Positions 18,335 through 34,052 of a DNA stretch of 64,000 nucleotides are shown here, one piece after another. Each line of letters starts with the position of its first letter. Positions within the stretch are counted from its first letter, which is position 1. Source of the stretch: the human T2T-CHM13v2.0 reference genome, Homo sapiens; NCBI RefSeq assembly GCF_009914755.1, contig NC_060941.1. One strand, 5' to 3'. The notes beneath the pieces were generated by a model, which was not told the DNA's origin, did not search any database, and was given only the letters and a program-made list of their open reading frames with translations. Position numbers and translations under genes: made by a program.

Positions 18335-19420
18335 GTGCACACAACTCACAAATGTGGATACATGCACGCACACATGTGCACATGTACACACTCATACATC
18401 TAGTTACACATGTGCACACACCCCATGCACAGCCCACACACACCCATCCACACACTCATCCACGTGGGCGCACACACACTCACACATGTGCAGACACTCC
18501 ATGCACACATCCCACACATGCACCTATCCACACACTCATACACCTGGGCACACATACGCTCACACATGTGCACGCACCCCATGCACACCCCCCACACACC
18601 CATCCACACACTCATCCACCTGGGCACACACACACTCACACGTGCAGACACTCCATGCACACATCCCACACATGCACCTATCCCACACATGCACCTATCC
18701 CACACATGCACCTATCCACACACTCATCCACCTGGGCACACACACTCACACATGTGCACACGCCCCACACGTGCACCCATCCACACACTCATACCTGGGC
18801 ACACACGCACACACACGCGCGCATACACCCCATGGACACATCCCACACATTTATCCACACAGTCATACACCTGGGCACACATGCACACACATACGCACAC
18901 ATTTCATGTACACATTCCCATACACCCATCAACACATTCATACACCTGGGCACACATTCACACATGTGCACACATCCCACACGTGTACCTATCCACTCAT
19001 ACACCTGGGCACACACACACACACACACACACACGTGCACACACCCCATGCACACACCCCACACACACCCATCCACTCATATACCTGGTCACACATGCAC
19101 ACACACACACACCCATGCACACATCCCACACACACCCATCCACACATACACCTGGGCACACATACACACACACATATGCACACATTTCATTTACACATTC
19201 TATACGTGCACCCATCCACACGCTCATACACCTGGGCGCACACACACACGTGCACACACCCCATGCACATACCCCACACGTGCACCCATCCACATGCTCA
19301 AACACCTGGGCACACATGCACACACACACCTGCACACACCCCATGCACATACCCCACACGTGCACCCATCCACATGCTCAAACACCTGGGCACACATGCA
19401 CACACACACACCCTCACACT
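18335..19420. repeat. CA-rich degenerate minisatellite (~60-90 bp units anchored by CACCTGGGCACAC)
   Basis: About 12 anchor copies; the last two 80-bp units (19251-19330, 19331-19410) are near-identical; a 17-mer x3 at 18665-18715. Confidence 0.92.
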
Positions 19421-20574
19421 CGCCCCAGATTCCAAGAGCAAACCAGGGCAGTGTGCAGTCAGCTCCATCCAGGAGGAAGACGCTGACACTCAGAGACTAG
19501 AGCCACCTCCTCTAATCTCGAATCCCACGCTCAGCAGGCAACAGCCCAGATCATCAAGTGACCCCCTGGATGCCTTGAAACCAGGACGCAGGTGCCTCAG
19601 CCAGAGGCTCCTGGCAGTACCCCCTTGAAGAAGGGCGGCTGGAAAGAGACATCAACATCTGATGGGTGCACCCCTCCTGTGCTCCTCCAGAGCCATCTGT
19701 CATCAGAGAGCCTGGGCATCTCCAATTCTGATGAGTCAGCACCTCCAAGACCAATTCCCAGACCCTAGAGAATGACAGTTACCAGAGTGAGGTCTCCGAC
19801 CCTTCTGGAGCTCTCCCACCCCATCCTGTCACCCCTGCCTCTCAGCCTGACCGCCATGTAACCCTGGGGGTGCTGAGAAGACAGGAGAAGGGGAGGGGAA
19901 GGGATAAGGGTGGCCCTGCACGTCTGGGGTCATCAGTCCTCACAAGACACCACGATTACAGACACCACAGAAATCATTTGGGCTGAACCGTGTGAGATCC
20001 AGATGGTCCAGATCCAAACCCACCATGCCCTGGCCATGACCTTGGAGATGGTACTGAGCAGTTGAAGATATCAGTGGCTGTACTCACCTTACAGATCATT
20101 CTGACGGCTAAGTACTGATAAAGACCTCTGCCTGGGAGAATACACGCATGACCTCCACCTTGTCAAGGTGAGAATCAATACTTTACAGATGATGAAGCTG
20201 GGGGCGGGGCACTGATTCACCCAAAGGAACACTGAGGGTGGCAGCACCAGGATTTCCACGCCAGGTTGGAGGCCAAGCCCAGCTGCTTCTCGCAAAGGAG
20301 ACAGTGACAAGTGCTCACAGGTATCACCGTGGCCGACCACAGACACAGCCCTGATGCAGCCTCACCACAAAACCTAGTTCTCACCATACCCAAGACCCCC
20401 AGTTAGCCCAAAACCAGGCGAGCAATTCAACATACTCATTGTTACAGGCTCCAAAAACGCAGAGCCAAAAGAAATGACAAAGGACTATTCACTCAACACC
20501 TCAAACTCAAACTAGGAAATATCTTTCCAAGCATGAAAAAAATTGTTCCAGGACCAAGACAAGGAAAATGCACT

Positions 20575-21670
20575 TTCATAGGTATCCATGAGCCCATACT
20601 GATATAAATGAGTGAGTGAATGAATAAATAAATAAACGAGGGAGATGGGACAAAATGTCCTGATAGAAGAACTCCAAATAGTGTATTTGGACACTTCCCC
20701 CTCCAGGAAATTGAGCTTACGTCCCCTCCTATTGATATAAAGGGGCTGGACTTGGTGACTCTCTTCTAATGAAGGGTACAGAAAGGGAAAAACAGCAAAT
20801 GCACAGTGAAGAAAACTGGCGGACACCACCTTAGACCAGTGATCAAGGTCAAGATCACCAGTGATGAACGCTGTTGACGTCACGTACCCACTGATTTGAT
20901 GCAATGAGAACACTTCACTGCTGTATTCTCCCTGAAACCCCAGTTTATTATGAGAAAACGTCAGACAAAACCAAATGGAAGAACATCCTTCAAAATACAT
21001 GACTAGCATTCTCTAAAATTGTCAACGTCACTAAAAACAAGAAAAGACTGAGGGAAACATCACAGAGCAGAAAAGACTAAATACAATGTGGAATCCAGAC
21101 TGGATCCTTGAACAGGAAAAGGATATTAGTGGAAAAACTAATCAACAGAGACCAACTCTATGGTTAATAGCATGCTTCCAATGTTAATTTCTTAGCATTG
21201 ATAAACGCACTATGATGATGTTGACATGCTTGTTGTATGCATATAACATAGTATGAAGATGTTAATACCAAGAGAAACTGGGTGAGAGATATATCAGAAC
21301 TCCTATTATTATTATTATTATTTTGAGACGGAGTCTTGCTCTGTCGCCCAGGCTGGAGTGCAGTGGCACGATCTCGGCTCACTGCAACCTCTGCCTCCCG
21401 GGTTCAAGCAATTCTCTGCCTCAGCCTCCTGAGTAGCCGGGATTACAGGCATCCACCACCACGCCCAGCTAATTTTTGTATTTTTAGTAGAGACAGGGGT
21501 TTCACCATGTTGGCCAGGCTGGTCTCGAACTCCTGACCTCGTGATCCACCCACCTCGGCCTCCCAAAGTGCTGGGATTACAGGCGTGAGCCACCGCGCCC
21601 AGCCCAGGAACTCATTTTCTGTAAATGTATTTTCTGTAAACTTTTCCGTAAATCCAAAAGTATTCCAGAA
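20575..21670 (+). mobile_element. L1MC/L1MD 3' region, interrupted by an Alu
   Basis: Old L1M 3'UTR text; similar to 59820-61210. Confidence 0.7.
21304..21604 (-). mobile_element. AluSg-like with (TAT)n tail
   Basis: Full dimer; tgacctcgtgatcc. Confidence 0.95.
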
Positions 21671-22132
21671 AGTGGATAATGTGTGGAAATCTTCAATAAC
21701 GCAACCTGTGTCATACAATGGGATGATGTCACAAAGCTGTATACAGTTTACGGGCGATAGGCAGCTGCGTCCTGCCCCTAATTTTTAGAATTAGAGCAGC
21801 TACCCGGTGCCAGGTGCTTTACTGTCGCTAATTCACAAAACGCCATGAACAGGAGCCTCCCCGTGAATGGAAAACCAGCAATGAGAGCGCTTCAGTCGCT
21901 TGACAGTCACATTCATGTGTGCACCTGATCCGGCGCTGGCTCCAAAGCCCATGTTCTTTCCCACACGCCCCACTGTGCCCCTCCGAGACTGGAACCGTAG
22001 AGAGCGACCACCTCTTTCTATCAGGCCCCAGTGCCCTGCAAGACACAAGACCCTCCGGGAGGGGTCTCTGTCCATGGGTCCATGGTCCCAGATGCTGGAG
22101 TGAGAGCTTCATTTGAAAGCCGATACACGGAA

Positions 22133-22151
22133 TAACCACGAGGTGGCGACA
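22133..22151 (+). promoter_or_regulatory. CTCF motif (forward)
   Basis: TAACCACGAGGTGGCGACA in a locally CpG-enriched region. Confidence 0.6.
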
Positions 22152-22421
22152 GACCCCAGCAATATCCAGGAGAGATGCCCGCGGGCCCAGAGGAGCTGCC
22201 TGAGCTCAGGTGCTGCTCTTCGCCTGACTTCCCTGCTGGGCACAGCTGGTTATAAGGAGTTAATGCCTTTGCCCTGGCCACGATTTTTGTGAGGACAGAA
22301 GCGAGCCACTTCCCTCAAGCACCGTTATAACTCTGGAGGTCTATCTGTTAGGAACAATGCAGATTGTGCCTTCGCCGGCCTTTGGCAGAAACCGGCAGAG
22401 CTCTTTACATAGGACCACACC

Positions 22422-22900
22422 CCCAGGCACGCACACAACACACACACACACTCACACACCCACTCACACACACACCCACACATACCACACACACCCAGAC
22501 ACACACACACCACACACATTCTCACACACACACACCCCTCCCCAGAGACACACAACACACACTCAGACACACGCCCAAACACGCACACAACACAGACACA
22601 CATAACGCAGACACACACAACATATACACACTCATACACCCAGACACACAGAGACGCACAAGACTCAGACGCGCACACACACACTCATACACACACAGGC
22701 AGAAACCCAGATATACACAATCATACACACACCCACACACTTATGCACACTCACACTCATATACACACCCAGGCACACACACTCATACACCAAGATACAC
22801 ACCCACACACTCATACACAGACATACAGACACACACACCAGATATGCACACTCACACATACACTCAGACACACTCACATACACTCTCTCACACACATACT
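22422..22900. repeat. CA-rich low-complexity tract
   Basis: Read directly from the sequence. Confidence 0.9.
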
Positions 22901-24049
22901 CCTGGGAGGGATCCTGACATTCACCTAGGGGAGTCAGGGGCTACAGGCCTTGACAAGCATGCTAACAATTTCCAGTGTGGGTAACAGACCTGGGTCCTGG
23001 TCTCCCACCTTTTAAACCTCAGATGCTCCAGCCTGTAATCCCTACTACCTGGGTTTGAATCCCAGCTCTGTTACTTACCATTTATGTGACCTTGGGCAGG
23101 TGGCTTAGTTGTGGTCCTCACTTTCCCCACCTAGGGCCTAGAGACAGGAGCAGGGCTAAGCCCACTGGATTTTTAAATGTATAGCTGAACGTCACTTGAA
23201 TCAGAGCCTCATCAATGTCTGGCACTTTTTGCTGTTGTTTCTACCCCTTGAGGGAGTGTATTTACCCTGCCCCCAGTCCTCTGTATTCAACAGAATACAA
23301 TTCTTGTATATGAAGACAACACGGGCTTACCATGACAAGCCTAGAAGAGGTCCTAATGAACAGGTGCCCTGCTATCTACTCAGGCTACGAAAGAAAAGAC
23401 TAGAGATTCCTCCAAACTGCAGACTCGATTCATGGGAGATGCTCTCCACCTCTAACTGGTTTCCAAGAATCCACCATAGTGGGCCATCTTGTTACCTAGG
23501 GAGGACTTGAGGGCACCCAGACCTCAAAGGATCCGCTAGGAAAGTCATGTGGGCAAAGCTGCAATGTTTTCTCTCTCCGTTCCTGAGAGTTTGGTTTTTC
23601 CAATGGTCAAAGTGAATGTTCAGGATCTACTGCCTTAAAAACCTTCTCTAGGCTAAAATGTGACAGCCCTATAATGACAGAGGACTTGCACACTCCAGCA
23701 GAGCATGCTATTCCTGTAGGCCCTCAAGTGTTTATATGAGACAGACTCAAGTGTTTTCTGGAAACAGTCATGTTGTAGCATAGGAGGGTGATGGAGCCTC
23801 CCAGGAAAGGGTGGCACCCATGAGTCCCCGGATTTTCCCTAGAAGGTGCCAGCCTTTACGACCTGTACAGAAGAGCTGCCTTCCAGGGGGCTGGCAGAGC
23901 AGAACTCCCCACATTGTGCCAGCTCATCGTCACCAAAAGCTCCACTGCCAACACGCACTTCATGGAGGGAGAGAGAAAAACCAGGGTTCAATCCGTTCTT
24001 TCTAGACCAGGGCTCCAGAAAGCAGGGGTCCTAGAGCAGGAGTCCCAGG

Positions 24050-24238
24050 AGTCTAGAGCAAGGGTCCCCTGACCAGCAGCATCTGCATCAACAGGGAGCT
24101 TACAAGAAATGCAGGTTCTCAGGCCCTGCACCAGAGCAACTGAATCAGGAACATTGCGGGTGGGACCAGCCATCTGTGTCCTAAACAGCCCCCCACAGGG
24201 GCTCAGATGAGCTCCAGCTGAAAAACCACGGGCCTAGA
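24050..24238. mobile_element. MER5A
   Basis: accagcagcatc...gaaatgcaggttctcaggccc...actgaatcag. Confidence 0.75.
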
Positions 24239-24319
24239 TGCTCTGAGGAGTACGGTTCATCAAACCCAGCAGCCACTGCACTGTTCTGGCCTTCCTCAGA
24301 GTGACCTTTACAGACCTGC

Positions 24320-24627
<308 letters not shown>

Positions 24628-24945
24628 CAGACCTGCACTTTTGTATTTATGTCACAGGCCTCCTTAGTAGAAAGTGGTGGGGAAAGAACCTAGAAGATCC
24701 TTGAAGCTCAGAATTTCCTGTGGGAAGAGGATGCGTCCACCACAGAGCATTCCTGGGGAGCCCAGGCATCTCTCTGCACAGTGGCAGCCCGTGGATAACT
24801 TCACCTAATAAGAATTGATAGAGCTGACCCAGAAAGTACTAGCCTACACCGGACCATAGCCCTGCCACCCCTAGCAATTATATAGGGATTAGAGCAGAAT
24901 ATTTTATCCCAGCTTTCCCCGTGGCTTTTATCTTATTTTTCCTTC

Positions 24946-25244
<299 letters not shown>

Positions 25245-25404
25245 TAAATTAAATGCCTTAAGTCCTTTTGGCGATAGACCAGGTATGTTCAATAGTCTGC
25301 CAAAGACATGTGAGTTTTCTAAAGCTATTTCCATCCATGTCGGATTGGGGTGAGAGAAGGGAGACCCAGTTAGGCTGCTGGTAAATGTGTACATGGCCTG
25401 CACC

Positions 25405-25438
25405 TGCAATAATATAACCTGAACACTAGAGGGCACCA
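25405..25438 (+). promoter_or_regulatory. CTCF motif (forward) with upstream TGCAAT module
   Basis: TGCAAT-N9-TGAACACTAGAGGGCACCA; spacing compatible with the ZF9-11 upstream motif. Confidence 0.6.
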
Positions 25439-26179
25439 GAGCCCAAGAGTCAGGCAGCCCCAGACTTGGCCCTGAGCAGGAAGCACCAGGCGCAATAAAA
25501 GCCCCCTCCAGACCCCATAACTATCCAGGCTGCAAGAGCTGCAAGATCCAGACCCTCCTCAGCCTCACACCTCCAAACACCCACCTGCCCGTGTTCACCT
25601 GTGGGGTGGTCAGTAAGCAAGTGCCCAGGGACACACGGAGCAGGGCTGCAACCCCAGGCCATCAGTCGGCCTGTGCTCTGAGCCCCCACTGCGTGCCAAG
25701 TGCTGCAGGGAGGGAACCATGATGGTGCCGTGCACGTGTGCAGAGCCTATCACTTACCAAACATGTTCGCCCACACACAGACACACACACATGCACACGC
25801 CACCTCTTTATATCATCCCCAGCACCCAGTAAGGCCCGCTCCATCACCCCATCCTGCTGATGAGAAGAATGAGTCCCAAGAGTGCACGGTGACTTCTCAG
25901 GGTCAGACATCCTGGCTGGTTAACAGCCGCCCAGCTGGGGAGGTCCCACTCGGCCCAGGGTGGTTTTCCACTTTAGCGCAGCACCTCCCAAAAAGCAAAC
26001 ATGAACCTGTTCTCGGGAGTCCTGCCTGCGATAACCTGGAGCTGGGCTAAACCTGGAGTGAATGCTGTTAACCAAGCTCAGGGCGGGTTTCCAGGAGGCT
26101 GAGCTCGCACAGCCACAATGGCAAAGCCACCACTCAGAGAGCTGGAGCCCTTTAGTTTCCCGGCGCCTCCTGCCGGTTC

Positions 26180-26297
26180 TTCCCGTAAACGTCTGTGGCT
26201 CATGCTGCACAGTATTCGGTTGCATCTGCTGCTTCATGGCTCTGTAAAAGGCAAGGTGGGGGGCTGTGTATATGTACGCATGAGTATGCATGCACGT
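26180..26297 (+). repeat. Donor copy of a dispersed ~120-bp direct repeat (second copy at 28813-28931)
   Basis: Hand alignment gives ~88% identity; also visible as similar peptides in ORFs 26118..26336 and 28835..29194. Confidence 0.92.
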
Positions 26298-26323
26298 GTG
26301 TATGTGCACATATATATGCATTT

Positions 26324-26342
26324 ATGCACCCCCTAGAGGCAC
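26324..26342 (-). promoter_or_regulatory. CTCF-like motif (reverse, weaker)
   Basis: Minus strand GTGCCTCTAGGGGGTGCAT. Confidence 0.4.
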
Positions 26343-27234
26343 TATGGGCCATGAGGGACCTGCCTGTCCCTCCCTGCACCTCATTCTGGCCACAGTGGCC
26401 AGTCCTCTACCCCTGTCCCCAGCCGTGTCCTGCCCCAGACCCACCGGGAAAATGCAAGGGAGAGACAAGGCACCCTGCACAAATCCACAGACGCTTACAG
26501 GGTGACACCAGAAAGGAAACCTCCAGGCAACCTACCTGTCCCGGGGCTCACAGGGAGTGTGGCCCTCCCAGACACCCAGCCTGACTCCCCAGACACAGCC
26601 ATCATCCAAAAATGGCACCACAGAGGCAGCCATCAATTATTTTGTTTCTAGTCTTGCTCAAGTTTTTTGCACTTATTCCCTTTTTGTCCTAATAAATAAT
26701 TTCCATCAAAAGGAATCCCGCGAACATGGCTATTTGGCAGAGAACAATCATATGTCAAACTTTCCTACATCTACAAGAAGAATGGATCTGTTGAAACCCA
26801 TTTAAGTCTCAAATGATGTATACAGAATATAGAGAATATTCTTTGCCACAGATGAGAATATCCCTCTCGTTCTGAAAATCTGGCTGAGCAGGGCCGGTGC
26901 TGGAGCAAGGTCCGTGCTGGAGCAAGGTATGGGGGAGTCCTCTTTCCCATGACCACTTGCATGGGTGTCTTCATGAGACCCACTGGGCATGGTGGTGGGG
27001 AGAGGGCTCATGGGGCTGAGCTCCTGGGGGTGAGCTGTAACCCTTCTTTGGGGACTTTTTATCTCAGACTGAAGGGCTCAGTCTCGGTGACCAGGGCAGA
27101 TTCTGCCACCCTGCAGCTGTTTTGGAGGAAGGTCAGGGAGGCCCATGAATATGGAACCAACCAGGAGGAGGTTCTTGGGACACACAGATCCAGGACAACA
27201 CAGCCCCAGGCTGACGTCCCCATCAGACCATCCA

Positions 27235-27450
27235 TGAGGCACAAACCAGCGCCCGCCATACTCTGAAGGGCCCATGAAAATGTTTTAACTTCTTTTAAAA
27301 TCAGGGGAAAAAAAAATAGAACACATGCTTTTAGGTAAAAAAAATGTTTTAATATATCATAATATTTGACATTTTTAATATATTTTTTAAGTAGGAAGGG
27401 ATCCAAGAGGGCAAAGTTGCCCAGAACCTGCAAAAGTCAGAATGGCTAGA
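27235..27450 (+). mobile_element. MER96B-like element
   Basis: gggcccatgaaaatgttttaacttcttttaaaatcag. Confidence 0.65.
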
Positions 27451-27789
27451 GTGGCCCGGGAAGTTTCCAGAACTCCTGAGCTGGGACAGCCGAGGTACGC
27501 TGACAACCGCACCATAGACAGCCCCCCAAAGCCAGATGCCCCTTCTCGTGGGCCCTGAGAGGGGAGTTACTGCACCTGCCAGAGCACAGCTACATGGCCC
27601 AAGGTGCTTCCAGCTGCAATGAGACCCTAAGAACTCTGTCCACTTAGGAAAGGTTCTTATCCAACCCCGGGGCCAGGCAGGAATGGGCGTGGAGAGCTGG
27701 GTAACAGCAGAAAACCAGGAAGATGCAACTCTCCCCGTTCTCCTGAGACAAACCCTAGTGCAAGACTCCACTGCATTTCCTTCCATTTC

Positions 27790-28165
27790 TATTGACTATG
27801 GTAATATGCACATACCACGCAACTCGGCATTTTAACCTGTTTCAAGTGTACGATGACAGCACATTCACAGTGTCGTGCAAGCATCACCACCATCTAGGTC
27901 CAGAGCACTATCAGCCCCTCTGAAAGGAAACTCCACCCCATTCATCAGCCACTGTCCACTCCCTGACCCCAGCCCAGCCCCTGCCAGCCACTAAGCTCCT
28001 TCCTGTCTCTGTGGGTTTGCCTATCCTGGACATTTCATAGCAATGGGATGTGCAACAGGGGGCCTTTTGTGTCTGGCTCCTCTCAGCCTCAGGTTTTCAA
28101 GGTACCTCCATGTTGGTAGCACATGTCCATGCTTTGGTCCTTTCTATGGCTGAATAATGCCCCCC
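27790..28165 (-). mobile_element. L1MB 3' end
   Basis: ctgtctctgtgggtttgcctatcctggacatttcata...tatggctgaataat. Confidence 0.7.
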
Positions 28166-28335
28166 ACACACACACTGCCTGCTACCTTCCATTGGTTTTT
28201 CTCCCCTTAGGGGCATGAAAGTGCTAATAAAGGAAAGCTGAAACCTCTATGACTTATGTTAACAAACCTCAGCTCCAAGCACTCACCTAGGTAAGAGATG
28301 TGGGTGCTGAGAACTGAAAATGAGCAGGCACACGC

Positions 28336-29191
<856 letters not shown>

Positions 29192-29778
29192 TAGACCAGG
29201 GGATTCAGGGATTTCTGCCTGGAAAGCCCCGTCTCTCCTGTCTTGGTGGTAACCTGGTCCCTTTTACCTGCAGCTCTGGCAAACGCCAGCTGCTGGGTGC
29301 TTCCTCCTCCTTCATGAGAAAAGATGAGAAACTGGGGTAAACAACCCACCAAGGGCAGGTATGGAGAGAAGAAGGAAAGGCTAAGACACAGATGGGAGAA
29401 GACAGACAGGGAGAAGGTAGGGAGAAGATGACCCATTTGGACCTGCTCCTCAATGCCCAAGAAGCAGAGAGTTTTTCAAGGACAGCTTTAATAATAAGAG
29501 CTCTTCTTCGAAGCTCAGGGGGATGGATGGAGGAAGAGTGTGAGACCCACAGCAAGAGCAGCAAGCTGACACCTCCCTCGCCACAGCTGGAAGCCGCTGC
29601 CCACTGACCAATCCCATAGACGCCCTTCACTCCCCAGCCTCCACACCCCTGGCTAAGAGGACCCAGAATGGATAGCACAGTTGTTTTTTTTCCCCTCTCC
29701 CAACCTCCCTGGGGCTCAAGGAACGGGATAAGGGTTATGACTGCCAGATCAGAGACTCAAGTCACTTCAGATGTTCCT

Positions 29779-30190
<412 letters not shown>

Positions 30191-30535
30191 TTAAGGAAAC
30201 AATGGCCCACTGACTCACTGGCCCTCAAGCACCATTGAAGATAATTATCAATGTAGGCTGCAACATAGAAAATTGGTCTTATTATAAAGTGAAAGAAGGA
30301 AGATACGTAGAATATCCATGGAATGGTTCCATCCTGCCAACGCGATATGAACATCTGGTCCAGAGCTTCAAGAAGATAACAAATGTATTTCATCTCTAGG
30401 CCTCTGTCAACTTTTCAAATTTTCTACCACTGTTTTCACACCAAGACCACCATAACAGCCTTAGCATTATGCATTTGCAACTTGCGTACCTCCCTGATGT
30501 TTCCCGTCCCCTCTCTCCCTTTACAGAAGCAATTA

Positions 30536-31058
<523 letters not shown>

Positions 31059-31857
31059 TTATGAAAGGGGGACTTCTCAGCTCTCAGCGTCTGGAAGGAA
31101 TCCCAATGCACACTGCTCCCTGGTTTCTGATGTTCCTTGTGCCCAGTGGTCCTCCTGGGATGGAAATGCAGGGGCAGAGAAGAGGAAGATGGACTACAGC
31201 CAAGCATCGCTGGGGATGGAGGATGGCGTGGAAAGAGGGTGCCCCAGGGCCACTGGGCAAGCCTAGAGATTCGTTTCTCCTTTGAGTATCTCCCAAAAAT
31301 TCTTCACTGGAACTCGAGCCTGGAAGTCCACTCAAGGGAACAAATCATCCATAAGCAGCAGCCATGTGCCAGGCAGGTCCAAGAGCAGAATGGAAGAGTC
31401 TTCAAGGATTTCCAGGATGTGGAGTTTGAGAGTGGAGGAAGAGAAGAGATCAGAGGCCAGGAGTTCACCAGCACAGCCCCAGTTCCTTGCACCAGGACAG
31501 TTTCATGGCCAAGCCCTGCTACCCTGTTAGTCAGGGTACCCGGCCACCCTTGAGACTCATTGGCTAAAGAATTCACTCACTACACCGCTGTCCGGTATGG
31601 CTTTTGTCCTGTTACAAAAACCCCCAGTTTGGCCGAAAGATAAAAATGGAAGGGAAAAAGAAGTTTCATGGTATTACTTACATAAGATTAAACTAAAAGT
31701 TAACATTCTCCTACTCCTCAATAGCAATCTTAAGCAAATTATATTTGCTTTGCAGCATAGTGTACAGGCATTCAAAATCAACACAAAGACAAGGACACAG
31801 GCATGAGGAAAAACAAAAACAAAAAGATTAAGTTAAATGGTGGGAATCAAACTGCAT

Positions 31858-32018
31858 GCTCTAAGATCATGACTCTGCAAAACTCAAATACAGACCAGGG
31901 ATAAAAGAGATTGTCAAATGTGTAAATACATGACAGGCTCTAAGATCATGACTCTGCAAAACTCAAATACAGACCAGAGATAAAAGAGATCGTCAAATGT
32001 GTAAATGCACAACAGGCT
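31858..32018 (+). repeat. 79-bp tandem duplication (2 copies)
   Basis: Units start at 31858 and 31937; 5 transition differences. Confidence 0.95.
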
Positions 32019-33221
32019 TTTTTAAATGCAAAGTTGTTTGGAATAACAAATATACCTCCAATAGCAATATAAAATCGAAAGAGAAACTTCTCAGAGGACC
32101 TCAGTGGATGGCAGCAGAGAACATCATTGCATCTCCACGTTCAAGGGTCTAGCCTGCTTAACCAAAGCCCCGTTGTCAAATCAACCTACAGTGTGGAATC
32201 AGCATCTCCTGCCATCTTCCTCCTGCCCCTGACCATGGGTTATGAGCAGGCACTGCCCCTGCAGCCTCCGACGGGTGATCTAAACACTGCCTGCCCCAAG
32301 CTGAGCTTTCCAGCTTCTCTGGCCACACCATGGCTGTAGTCCCGCACTGCACCCCAGCAACCCTTGTTCACTCTTCCGCCCAAGCCTTAGTCCTCTCTTC
32401 TGAGGCTCCCTTCCTCCCTCCCCACAGCTGTCCCTCAAGGTTCCACATCTACCTTCTTGATCATCTCATGCACCACCATGGTCTTCCCTATCTGGGAGCT
32501 GTGGTCCATTCATTCTGTTCTCGTTAGTGAATCGCTGGATTGTTTATCTCACACCTTCTCTCCCAACTCCTGGCTATGAGCCCCTGGATGCCTGGGGCTA
32601 TGTCAATTTCACTTTCTCCTCCTCTGCCTACATCAGACCTTCGATATGGGTTTGCTGAATGAATAGGTGGCTTCTCCCTTCCTGTCTCCTTCGACTGAGG
32701 TTGGGATGGTCAGGAGGAAGCCTCAAAATTAGATGAATGCATATCTCATTTTTCATAACCAATAGCCTACAAAATCAGCTGGGGAAGAGAAAAATCAGCC
32801 ACAGCATGGGAAGCCTTGGGGAGGGGAGGGAACTTCCCAACACCCCCCTGCCAACACACCCCAGAACCCATCTAGGGGGTTGGCGTGGGTAGGAACAATG
32901 AGAGGGGAGAGTCCAGTCCTTCCTGGCCGGGAGGAGGGCTGGACCATGTTCCAACCTTCCACTTACTTTAATTGCCAGGAAACAACCCTTCTCTGTCTGT
33001 CATTATAACTTAATTAAGCTACAACAGCCGGAAGGAGGAGGCCAGGTCCTTCAAAACTGGCAGGCAGGGTGAAAAGCCTGGTCAGGGGCCTGGGCAGGAA
33101 GAGCTGAAGACCCCCCCAAGGGCAGTCCCCCTCACACACACAGGAGCCTCACCTTTGTTTCTGGTTAACCCATTCACTACCAAGAATGCAACAGTCTGGA
33201 CACACAGAGAAGGCTCCATGA

Positions 33222-33508
<287 letters not shown>

Positions 33509-33734
33509 TGTCACAGAGCCTGGTGCACAGCAGGTGCTCAGTCACCCTTAGGTGATGGCCTCCCTGAGGAGGAAGAGCCACGCATGGGTGGGCAAGAGGA
33601 AGAGGAAGAGCATTCAGGATGGAGAACACCCTAACAAAAAGCAAAGTGTGCATTGCAGAAGGAGCACTGACCGCAAAGGGGCCTGAAGAGACCGCCTGGC
33701 AGACAGTGTTTCCATCTCCCTAAGAAAACCTCCC

Positions 33735-34052
33735 AGCCGGGCACGGTGGCTCACGCCTGTAATCCTAGCATTTTGGGAGGCCAAAGCAGGTGGATCACCT
33801 GAGGCCAGGAGTTCGAAACCAGCCTGGCCAACATGGCGAAACCCCATCTCTACTAAAAATACAAAAAATTAGCTGGACATGGTGGCGGGTGCCTATAATC
33901 TCATCTACTTGGGAGGCTGAGGCAGGAGAATCGCTTGAACCCAGGAGGCAGAGTCTGCAGTGAGCCAAGATCGCGACACTGTACTCCAGCCTGGGCAATA
34001 AGAGCAAAACTTTGTCTCAAAAAAAAAGAAAAAAGAAAAAGAAAAAAGAGAA
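33735..34052 (+). mobile_element. AluSq/Sp
   Basis: Near-TSD AAGA(A/C)AACCTCCCA. Confidence 0.95.

Noticed and set aside
18280-19628. 406/424/358-aa His/Thr/Pro-rich ORFs
   Set aside because: Open in all three frames because the CA-rich repeat lacks stop codons; no promoter or splice context.
22325-22984. Cys/Val- or His/Thr-rich ORFs
   Set aside because: Dinucleotide low-complexity artefacts.
31260-31523. Exon-like stretch after minus-strand CTGACTAACAG
   Set aside because: The branch-point-like motif abuts the AG with no polypyrimidine tract, and there is no clear donor.
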